Of a DNA stretch of 64,000 nt, positions 12,301 to 21,687 are shown piece by piece. This DNA is from Macrostomum lignano (lineage: Eukaryota). Positions within the stretch are counted from its first letter, which is position 1, and every line of letters starts with the position of its first letter. The position numbers and the translations under genes were made by a program. The notes beneath the pieces are model-generated. The model did no database searches and was not told where the DNA came from. It worked only from the letters and a program-made list of their open reading frames with translations. Where the stretch lies: assembly GCA_002269645.1 (NCBI GenBank), contig NIVC01000222.1, positions 124,001 through 188,000 of the forward strand, in the 5' to 3' direction.

Positions 12301-13060
12301 AAGTGCTCAAAGACACAAATTGTTCTAGTGGGATCGGGAATCAAACCTACGACCTTTCAGTCGCGAGTCCGCCGCTCTGACCACTGGGCTACAACCCTCT
12401 ATACAACCACCATGGGTGCTGAATTCTGAGTGCTGAGTGCTGAATGTGAAATACCGATTATCGAGTACTGCATTCCAAGTTTGATTTCGCCCCGCAGAAG
12501 AACGGCGAGCCTCCACACCTGGACAGCACCTGCCCCACCTGCCCAGCCTGTGGCCAACCAGCTCCTCTGGCTCTCTGGCCGCCGCCACTTTGAATGCCGA
12601 TTGTCGCCGACATCTTGTCGATATTTGCGTCGATCTAGCCGATCGACTTCGGCGCGAATACGACTGCGCCGCTTTTAAACAATTCGACTTTTTGTTGATG
12701 CCCACCCTGCCTTACCGACCGCCGGTTCTGCCGCCGCCGTTTAAATCTGTTTCCGGTAACACTTCCAATGCTACTTCCAGTTTCGATTCTGGTTCCGTTT
12801 CCGGTTCTACTTCCGGTTTTGGTTCTGCTTCTGGTTCCGCTTCCGTTGGCGAAACTTTCGCGGCCGCGTTCGGCATGATGGGCAATACGCAGCCATTCTG
12901 CGCCACCGGACATCCGGCGGTAAGCGTCAATTGCGGCTCGGTTGGCAACGGAGCACTTCCGGTCGGCCTCATGCTGGTTACCAGACGATGGGACGATTGG
13001 CGACTGTTGGACGCTGCACTGGGAGTGGAACATCTGCTCGGAAGATTTGCTGCACCCTGA
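9380..13060 (+). CDS. Amidase-signature family enzyme, bacterial amidase-like, at least 4 exons
   Basis: Exons 9380-9891, 10634-11044, 11552-11742 and 12498-13060 (phases 2, 2, 1). The catalytic Lys (VAVKD), cis-Ser (GGSSSG) and nucleophile Ser (DQGGSAR) are all present, as are LLMPTLP, GHPAVS and LPVGLML. An extra small exon near 12153 cannot be excluded. Confidence 0.9.
9955..10375. mobile_element. Degenerate inverted-repeat element in amidase intron 1
   Basis: TATACTCAGCCACATTGAAAAGTCGC (about 10197-10223) and GCGACTTTTCAATGTTGCTAAGTATA (about 10340-10365) are near reverse complements. Further partial copies lie near 9960. No TSD found. Confidence 0.45.
11752..12110. repeat. 7-bp microsatellite (TGCTGAG/TGCTGAA)n starting just after the donor at 11743
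   Basis: Direct reading of the sequence. Confidence 0.95.
12225..12399 (-). mobile_element. tRNA-headed SINE relic
   Basis: The minus strand reads GTAGCCCAGTGGTCAGAGC...GGTTTGATTCCCG (A box and B box). It is followed by a body (plus strand GCTGGCACCCATTTACAGCTGAGTGAACTG...AAGTGCTCAAAGACAC) that I recall as resembling conserved metazoan SINE cores. Confidence 0.65.
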
Positions 13061-13199
13061 ATTTGAGGGTAAAAGCGGTGTAACTCTTGCTCGACGCCCA
13101 ATGACACGTTAATGCGTCAGATAGTCGATGGATTGAACATTTTTATTATTTATTTTCTAGGAAAGTCACACTGCCATGAGCTAGATTTGACATCTATAA

Positions 13200-13515
13200 A
13201 AATCGCCTTCTATCAGAATCGCCATCCATCAGAATCGACCTCCACCATAATCGACCTCCATCAGAATCGACCTCCACCAGAATCGATCTCCACCAGAATC
13301 GACCTCCACCAGAATCGACCTCCATCAGAATCAACCTCCATCAGAATCGATCTCCACCAGAATCGACCTCCACCAGAATCGACCTCCACCAGAATCGACC
13401 TCCATCAGAATCGACCTCCACCAGAATCGATCTCCACCAGAATCGACCTCCACCAGAATCGACCTCCATCAGATTCGACCTCCACCAGAATCGACCTCCA
13501 TCAGAATCGACCTCC
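13200..13515. repeat. 16-bp minisatellite (TCGACCTCCACCAGAA)n
   Basis: Tandem copies downstream of the amidase stop codon. Confidence 0.9.
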
Positions 13516-14060
13516 TCCGCGAACTGTACACTGTTTGTCAAAAGTGCAAAATGCAGTAACAATATTAAAACTAAAATCTGCATCTATGACTTTAACCAAT
13601 GCTTGGCTTTTTATTTTAACCAGGGTTGGGAGTTGTCGCTCGGTTGTACCATCCATAGACTAAATTTTCCCTTATTCTGGAGACGAGAATCCATCATTTG
13701 AATTTCAATAACAGGGAAGGTCGTACAATTTGCGTGGTTGAAAATTAGCAATCCAGGTAGAATTTATCATTCTGGGGTACGAAAGATAGCACTGAGCTGC
13801 AAAAAGATAACTTGAGAAAGCTGAAAATTATAGACTGATGAGCAGATATATACTTTTTTATTCTATGATAATTATAAACAGGCCAATGAGTTCTATAATT
13901 AGCATCTGGAGTGAAAACGAGTTTTTCACTTTTACCTCATGAGGCCACGCAGTTTGCAAATCTCATTTAGTCTTTTTGCGAGTAGCATAGACAGAGTCAG
14001 ACAGAGTCATAGCCATTGTACATACACTTACACCTGCACACAATTGAAGCATTTTTTGGT

Positions 14061-16274
14061 CATTGTAATTATACTTATACCCAAATAACAAATAATAACA
14101 AAATATTTTGGCCATTATTCCACACTTTTTAGGTTCTTGGCCATAGACATACGGATTTGAAATAACTTAGCTGTTGTTAAGTGTATTTTAACAGATAAAC
14201 CCGTGAACCATTTGACAGTTGAGGCATAGAATTCTAGATTACTACTACTAGTTATTACTAGATTATTACTAGTAGTAATCTAGAATTCTATGGTTGAGGC
14301 TTCCTTGAAATATATATATATATTTGATATCGAACGAATTCAATGTTGAAAACGCCAAATTGCATGAAAAAAAATTAAATTAAGCTGAACTTTTGCAAAA
14401 CACTTCATCAGTTTGTAGTCAACATTTTGCAGCGAGTGTTTACTACTTACTCGCCCCGAAATTAAAGGTGCAGTTCTCAAAGCGGCAGTTCCCTAATATG
14501 CTGGACACCAGACCCTGGCTATTTAGCACTGCAAATGCAAGAATAATTTTTTCTTGAATTAGGCTTCTCAAGTTTTCTACTAATAAGAGCTCTCGGTGAC
14601 TGCATGGCTGCCTGACTTACCGCTAGATCATGTAGATGCACTTCTTGGCTTGATAGATGCAATTATTGGCTTGTGGTGACAAGTTCATTTGGGGATTTCG
14701 TTTTGGCGCTGGTCTCCAGACTGGGAGTCTTTTTGACTGTCGGTTGCTCGGCTGAGTGAGTCTATTGGGCGCTCCAAGGCACCGCATATAGCCGTCGAAG
14801 CGGTGAAGACTGTTAGATCGCGTTTTATTGCTAGGTAGCGCTGCACAGTTCGTTCACTTTTTTGCCCGGTAATACACATAATGTCACTCAGGCTATGACC
14901 CTTCTCTTTCAGGTCAGCGATCCTCGTCACTCGTATGCAATGGTTGGTGTACTCTCGAGACAAGCTGCACCGCTGGCTCAGGCGTTTCATCAGAGAGTAA
15001 ACCAATTTATGCCTCGTACTTGTTGAGTAGAGAAGCGTAGGTTACTAGCCTTTTCGTTCGGTAGAGCTCGTGGGAACAGACTGCCTTCTTTGCAATCTGA
15101 CGGGAGTAGCGACATTTATTTTCCCACGAGGTCCCGCTCCTTTCCATACAGCCTCGCTTGCTTTGACGTGTCGTCCTTGCAACGCGTTGGGTCAGAAATT
15201 TGGTTCTTTGTGGGCAGATTCCGAAGCGCAAAGTATAGGCTCTACCATCGGTATCCACCACCTGCTCTACCAGACTGCTCGTAGACTTCAGTGCCGGCAA
15301 ATGCTCCTGCCCACGCTCCCCGCAGACATACAAAATAGTGAACACAACTTCATCCTAAAGCTTCTCAGTGGTACTCCGATCAAAATAGCCTCAGCTTTAT
15401 TAGATCACCTTCCTCGATCGCATCAAATTGTTTTGTTGTGCCACCAGCATTGTGAAACTCTCGTACCTTACCCTGAGCATGCGATTCGCACTTGCAAACC
15501 TTTCTCCTCCTACGATGTTGATCGACCGCTTCAGAATAAGGTTAAAGTACGGTGAATCGCGGCACGAATGCATACGAGACTCGATGGCGAATAAATTCCA
15601 CCGTCCTGCTTTTTCATACCGAAATAAAAGTATCGCAAATACTCGTTGAGCTTCCATGCCTCCATTGTCGTTGGCAACTCCGGGGTGTTCTCGGTGAGAA
15701 GTTGAACGAACGCCTCGCCGTGCCGATTCATCTGTTCAACTGTTGATTTCGAAAGTGACTGTAGCTCAGCGCTATCCATTGTCGAGATCAACTGCTCATT
15801 GAAGCCATCCACTTTCGGCAGGTCCGGCAGTTCTTCAGTTCCGTGGTCGTTCTCAATCCAATCAATGAAATCCCGCCAGGCCTGGTCATCGTGATGGTCC
15901 GTCGAACTAAGCTCAGACAGCAGTTGCAACTCGTCCATCTTGACTCCGTTTAGCGAGTTTAGCGAGGGAAGATGTTTCCAATTAATAAGCGCAGCCATAG
16001 TTGCTTTGTAGAGAGAGAGTTTTAATTTTTGAGAATCGCATAAAATTATAATCAAAGACAGACTTTGAGGAAACTGTTTTGTCTATGGCCCATCTAAGTA
16101 TATGGTTGACCTCGTATAGCTCTTGTGTGTTTCGTCTATGGTAAACTAAATCGCAAAACAGCCAATAGCACCAGAGCCAAAAAGTGTTGAATAATGACAG
16201 CGACAAAAGTGCTAAATAATGACCGCAAAGTGTGGAATAATGCCATGACGCTGGGTAAAAGTATAAATACAATG
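14061..16274 (-). mobile_element. Crypton-like tyrosine-recombinase DNA transposon, decayed, with inverted termini
   Basis: Broken minus-strand ORF (about 15998 to 14685) with LNEYLRYFY..MKKQDG..YSPSSL..IRAAI.R, AIEEGDL.KL, CGERGQE (catalytic Arg), YTNHCIR (HxxR) and TGQKSERTVQRY (Tyr). It has several frameshifts and stops. Inverted pairs: 14061-14083 / 16252-16274 (21 of 23), 14111-14127 / 16228-16244, and 14139-14149 / 16080-16090 (11 of 11). Confidence 0.85.
14225..14292. mobile_element. 68-bp palindromic mini-MITE with CATAGA termini and 7-bp TSD (P-element-like)
   Basis: 23-bp perfect inverted arms (CATAGAATTCTAGATTACTACTA). GTTGAGG is duplicated at 14218-14224 and 14293-14299. Confidence 0.85.
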
Positions 16275-16316
16275 CACTTGTATAGTATGTAACTTCGTTG
16301 AATACCATACAATCTA

Positions 16317-17050
16317 CCATTATTCCACAGTTTTAATATTACCATAGACATTTGGATTAAAAAATCCGTCGCACAGTATTTTTGTTAATAAATACAGAAC
16401 AGCAAGCAGTAAATAAGCAAAAAAGAAAAAAATCAATAAAACTAAAGTACCAGCTACACGAAGAGAGTTCATGATAAATGTCACAGCTAGTGCGGTTCAT
16501 CAGTTTGTAGTCGAAATTTGACATGTGATAATCAATTTTTTACCCAAAATGAAACGTATAGTTCTTAAAGCCGCAGTTCTCAAAGATGCTCGACACTTTA
16601 GCCTGATGATTTAGCACTGCAAGAGGTGGTTTATGTTGAATTTTTTCTATAAAAGAGAAATACAGGTGCTCAAGTATAGATGCCGAACTTACCATTTGAA
16701 AGATGCACGCCTTGGCTTGCAGTGACTAGTTCGCCTGATGAGCTTCTTTAGTACCGCAGTATCCAAGCTGGGATTCTTTGGGACTGTCGGCTGCTCGACT
16801 GAATCTATCGGCCGCTTTGAGGCATCGCTTATAGCCGTCGAGGCGTTGAAGACTGCATGGTCGCGTTCGCACGGTTCGTTCAGTTGTCGATTGGAATATT
16901 TTTCCAATTAATAAGCGCGGCTGTTTGACGAGATGCACCAGCCATAAGTTGTTTGACAAGACAAATAGCTTTTTGCGATTGAATTCAGCCAAACTGAAAA
17001 ACCTTTCAGCCGATGGAGATTTTGCCTTCACTTCGGCGGCTCCTACCATA
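16317..17050 (-). mobile_element. Second, internally deleted copy of the tyrosine-recombinase element
   Basis: 16317-16365 matches 14112-14160, 16495-16625 matches 14405-14540, and 16765-16870 matches 14720-14830. It encodes DHAVFNASTAIS..KRPIDS, versus DLTVFTASTAIC..ERPIDS in copy 1. Confidence 0.75.
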
Positions 17051-17350
17051 GACTATTTAGGACACACCGGCTAGCTGTCCCGCTCCTGTAAATGAATTCA
17101 GCCAAACTGAAAAACCTTTCAGCCAATGGAGATTTTGCCTTCACTTCGGCGGCTCCTACCATAGACTATTTAGGACACACCGGCTAGCTGTCCCACTCCT
17201 GTAAATGAATTCAGCCAAACTGAAAAACCTTTCAGCCAATGGAGATTTTGCCTTCACTTCGGCGGCTCCTACCATAGACTATTTAGGACACACCGGCTAG
17301 CTGTCCCACTCCTGTAAATGAATTCAGCCAAACTGACAAACCATTCAGCC
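16981..17350. repeat. 113-bp tandem repeat, just over 3 copies
   Basis: GAATTCAGCCAAACTGA starts at 16981, 17094, 17207 and 17320. Confidence 0.95.
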
Positions 17351-18203
17351 AAGACTTTCAGTCAGTGATTTTCTCACATAGAGTGAAAGAATATCACCAT
17401 GATTCTTAGCTGATCATTAAATTATCAGAAACTGTCAACCCATACGCCAAGCATAGGACTGGCTGAAAGGTTTTTCAGCCAGTAAATAGTTCTAAAACAG
17501 ACCGGCCAGCACCACATTTTATGTAAAAGTAATTTTTGCGAGTGTAATTGTGCTCTTGTTATAATATATTTTGGCTATTGCATTAGACCATACAACATCA
17601 TAGCACTTATAATTCGTACTAGACACCAGGTAGCAATCCAATAAATAGTAAAAAAGGTTTTTCTGTATGTACATATATATATATACACAGACAATATTCA
17701 AGCAATATATATATATATATATATTTTACTATGTTTTTTTTACATTTGGACTATTATATATGTATTACATATAATTATTTCTTGTCTAAAAACTTCGAAG
17801 TATTCCCATTATTTTCCATCATTTAATTTTTTTGCATCCAGTTTTTTATTTTATTTACGGATACTAAAGGTTTCTTTATGGCTTAAGTTACACAATTAAT
17901 TAGCTCCTCATTTTCTCCAATTGCCCTACTTTGGCTGAGACATGGGATTTTCTATGACACCTATTCTGATTTCTGATTTCTATATTTGATGGGATTCGGC
18001 ACAGAATCCGCTCTGGTATTTCGACCCAAGCTAACATCCCCTTCCAGTGTTGTAAAAGTCACTGAGCTAGTCATTGCGCAATGCTGGTGCAGTGTGTTTC
18101 CTTAGCTGATCGAGTGTCATCTAAACAATTATGAAATGTTTTAGCCAGGCGTATTCGATATTAATACGATTTTTCAAATTTCCAGCGCCATTCTTCAAGC
18201 ACA

Positions 18204-19736
18204 ATGTCTGACTCGAGCCCGACCTGCTTCATCAGAGGCTGCAGCGCTGCCCCAAAAGGCACGGGCGTTCGCCTCCCAGAGCAACTGTGCAAAAGACACT
18301 TGGCTCAGGATGCTGCCAGGGTGCGCCACCGGGCACAGGAGGCGCTCAAGCAGCTGCAGCCGCTGAAGAGTCTGCGAGACGGCCTTCGAGTTCATCAGCG
18401 AGCGCTGGCAGCCGAGCTGCAGAGCGTCGAGCAGCTGTTCGAGTTGGCTGTGCAGTCGCTGCTCACCTACAATGAATCTGTGCTCAACCGATTGACTGTC
18501 AGACATGTGAGCAGTCTGCAGAAGCTGAATGAGCTGTCAGTGCTGCAGGAGTATGAGATTGGCCTTACTGAAGCTGAGGCCAATGCTGACCTGAAGACAA
18601 TGCTCTCACTCTCAGCTGCAGTGAGTGCGGAGTGCGGCGACTTGGATGAAAAGAAAGACAGCTTTTTAAACGTTGTCAGAGACATTGGCGACGTGAGCGG
18701 CAGCGTGAGAGACTTGCAGCTGCTGATTGACAGGCAGCTGAGCGACGTGATGCAGCTGCGCGAGTTAGCTGGTCCGCTGAGCGAGAGGCAGAGAATTTGT
18801 GAGTTCCACAGCGAGATCAAAGGACTCGATGGTACGCCTGATTGGGTTTCATGCTGCAGCAACACGAAGGGCTTCTCCGCTGATGCTTCAGGCAGCAAAG
18901 TGGTGAAGGCGGAGTCTGCGGTCGATGCGGCACAGATGCTTCCGGAGCCGTGTCTGTTCGTAGCTTTTCATTGCCAATATATGCTGCATCACCTTCTCGC
19001 GTGTTCGATTGACGGATCCGTGAGGCTGAAAGTTCAAGTCGACCTCGACTGGTTCACGCAAATCACAGGACTCAGCTGTGACAGCAAGCGCCAAGCTCTG
19101 TACATCTCGCAGAAAAAATGGCTGAAGGTGTCGGACCTGAGCGGTCAGGTGTCGCTCAAGATCAACTCGAGCAGCCTCGGACGGCCTGTCAGATTTATGG
19201 GGCTGACCTGCAGCTCTGACAAGATAATTGCTCTGGACAAAAGCGGCTCGGAAATGCAGCTGCTGTGCATCGACAAAGACAGCGGCCAGCTGCAGACCTG
19301 CGTTTCTGTCGGTGGCGTGTCCAGTTCCCCAGATTATCCAGCATCCCTGTCGATCATTGATCACACGGTGCTGATCACTGACTGGGCAGTTCAAAAGCTT
19401 TATAAAGTGTGCATCGCTTGCGGTCAGCTGGTCTCGACCTACCCGACGAAGCGAAGTCGTCTTAATGTAATTCAAAGACCTTCAGGAGTCGCGGCTCATC
19501 GCTCAGGTCTGGTGTTCGTCAGCGAGTGGTCGAGGCATGCGGTTCGTGTGATGCAGAGTGACGGCACTGTACTGCAGACTGTCGGAGTCGAGGGTGAGTC
19601 TGGCAGTGGCAAGGATATAGTGCTCAATCCATGTGGCTTGGCCATCGTTAAAGGCAACTCCGAGCTGCTGGCTGTGTGCCTAGAGAGTGGAGAGTCGATC
19701 AGGTTCTACCGAGTCTCAACTGGTTCTGCCGTGTGA
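18204..19736 (+). CDS. Intronless B-box-like / coiled-coil / NHL-like beta-propeller protein (TRIM-NHL-like, no RING), 510 aa
   Basis: Uninterrupted ORF. It has an N-terminal C-x4-C...C-x2-H, a coiled coil, and C-terminal NHL-like blades (PSGVAAHRSGLVFVSEWSRHAVRVM; NPCGLAI). A 3' splice acceptor (TTTCCAG) ends at 18185, 18 nt before the ATG. Confidence 0.8.
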   Translation: MSDSSPTCFIRGCSAAPKGTGVRLPEQLCKRHLAQDAARVRHRAQEALKQLQPLKSLRDGLRVHQRALAAELQSVEQLFELAVQSLLTYNESVLNRLTVRHVSSLQKLNELSVLQEYEIGLTEAEANADLKTMLSLSAAVSAECGDLDEKKDSFLNVVRDIGDVSGSVRDLQLLIDRQLSDVMQLRELAGPLSERQRICEFHSEIKGLDGTPDWVSCCSNTKGFSADASGSKVVKAESAVDAAQMLPEPCLFVAFHCQYMLHHLLACSIDGSVRLKVQVDLDWFTQITGLSCDSKRQALYISQKKWLKVSDLSGQVSLKINSSSLGRPVRFMGLTCSSDKIIALDKSGSEMQLLCIDKDSGQLQTCVSVGGVSSSPDYPASLSIIDHTVLITDWAVQKLYKVCIACGQLVSTYPTKRSRLNVIQRPSGVAAHRSGLVFVSEWSRHAVRVMQSDGTVLQTVGVEGESGSGKDIVLNPCGLAIVKGNSELLAVCLESGESIRFYRVSTGSAV

Positions 19737-21687
19737 CATCAGAGTTCAGGATGGTTCTGCTGGAACTGTTTACCATTCACTCAAAGCCGTTTATTCACGT
19801 CTCTACGTACAACTGACAGTACTATGAATCTAACAATATTCGGTTTAAAATAATTTCATTTGAGTTTGAGTCTAACGTCGTAGTCTGTCATTGACGTTTT
19901 TTATTGCATGTGTATCATGTAATCCTTGCATTATTTCTGCTTTGCGATTCTCGGTTTTTGATCAGCTAGAATTATATAAATTAATTAAAAATGCCTTCGT
20001 TTCGTCAGTTATAGCTGTATTTTATTACGTTAATTTGACACAAAGCAAATGTTATTCGAAGCATTTATGCGCTATACCTAAACAAAATATATTAGCAAAT
20101 AAGCACTTTCTGACTCTTTGGCGAATGCTTTGTTCTTTGTTCTTAATGACATCTGCTTTAAAGGTCATTCCTGTTGAAGAGAATGATATATTCTTATTTG
20201 ATCCAGCGTGCAAGAATGCTTTGGAAGTCGCCATATGCGTGCAGAAATGCAAGTGTCTATGGTAAAAAGCACCTTGAATTTACATGTGCACTCCGTGCAG
20301 GAATGTCAATCGTGCAAGATTGTAATGCGCAATGTTTCTATATTTAGCATAACAGCCATAGACTACAAGCATAATCTTCTTTCAATCGTGCAAGAATGTT
20401 CAGACTAGCTCGCGCATATTTTGTCTATGGTTCAAGTCTAACTCCACACCCCCAGCTCCACCCTTGTCTACTTTAGCCACACATGTTGGATCAAATAAGA
20501 ATGGGAATCTAGCACTTTGACTCGTGTTTCAGCCATTGACGCACTCGTCAGCGTGCTAGATTCCTCCATTCTTATTTGATCCAGCGTGCAAGTAGTTTGA
20601 AATTGAAATTTCAAACTACTTTGAAATTTCAAAGTAGTTTGCCCATTGCCCATTCCCTATTAGGCGTTCTGCCATCCCCGCCAAAATTCCCCATTGGGCA
20701 ATAAGTTCCCCTCTTAAAATAGCGCGTATCCCCATTCTCTAGGCAACTCCGATCCATCGCGAAGCCCTATTAAGAATGAAATTAAGTAGTTTAGTTAGAT
20801 AGTGTCTTACTGCTCGGGCACAAACGCTAACGGAGTCGATAAAGCATACTCCTTATACATGTAGACTATAGTAATATAAATAGAAAGTACTCTGCTCAAT
20901 TCCAGGAAAACTCCAGAACCCTACCACAAATTCGGTGACAGCTGTGAAATTATTAAGTCAAAAGAGCACTCCAGAACTTTTCCCTACGACAAATTTGTTG
21001 GCATCGACTAAGATTAAAATAACCCCGTAACATAAGCTTAAACTATGAAGGGTGGATTTTTAATTAGCAGAAAGATCACAAAAATTGTACATGCTGTTTA
21101 ATGCTGAATCAATCAGATTGACTACAGAGCTGACTTAAACTAATCTTATGTGAGTTTTTTTGTGGGTGGTTGGGCCTTCGTGTTTGTGTTTGTTATTTTA
21201 TTCCCTTGTTTGGTCACGTGCTCTTTGTACTTGTGACTGTAAATTTTAACCTCTGCCCCCTCAGGGGTGAGTCGTTGAATGTTATTGAATGTTATCCATC
21301 ATTAATGCTAAGTATACTTCGTTTACTTAGTCCTTGGCTCTTACACTTACTATTCAAGTTCTCAAATTTGCTGCTCATTTCTGCTTCGTGTATTGTAAGG
21401 CTGCAGAATCGGTGTTGTACCATAAATTGTTTTAAAGTTAATTTAGACAGAATTTGAGCAAGACAGAATTCCGAATGACACTCCGGGTTAAAACACAAGC
21501 AGTATAAAACACAGTGGAATATTCTTTTAAAAGAGCGGAGAAAAGTCATACGTGCATATTGACTGACTGGCACACAAACAGATCGAATGCGAGGTCTAAA
21601 AGCCTCACCCTTTACCCTAACAGAATATGGAACACAGTAAAACAGCGAGCCAGTCGCTCGCAATGGAATTATAAAAAACTCATTAAA

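Noticed and set aside
12330-12399. tRNA gene
   Set aside because: The B box and stems are degenerate and it is attached to a SINE-like body, so it is annotated as a SINE head.
14139-16090. Treating CATAGAC...GTCTATG as a P-like element enclosing the recombinase
   Set aside because: The flanks are not duplicated (TTCTTGGC versus GCCCATCT) and further inverted pairs extend outside it.
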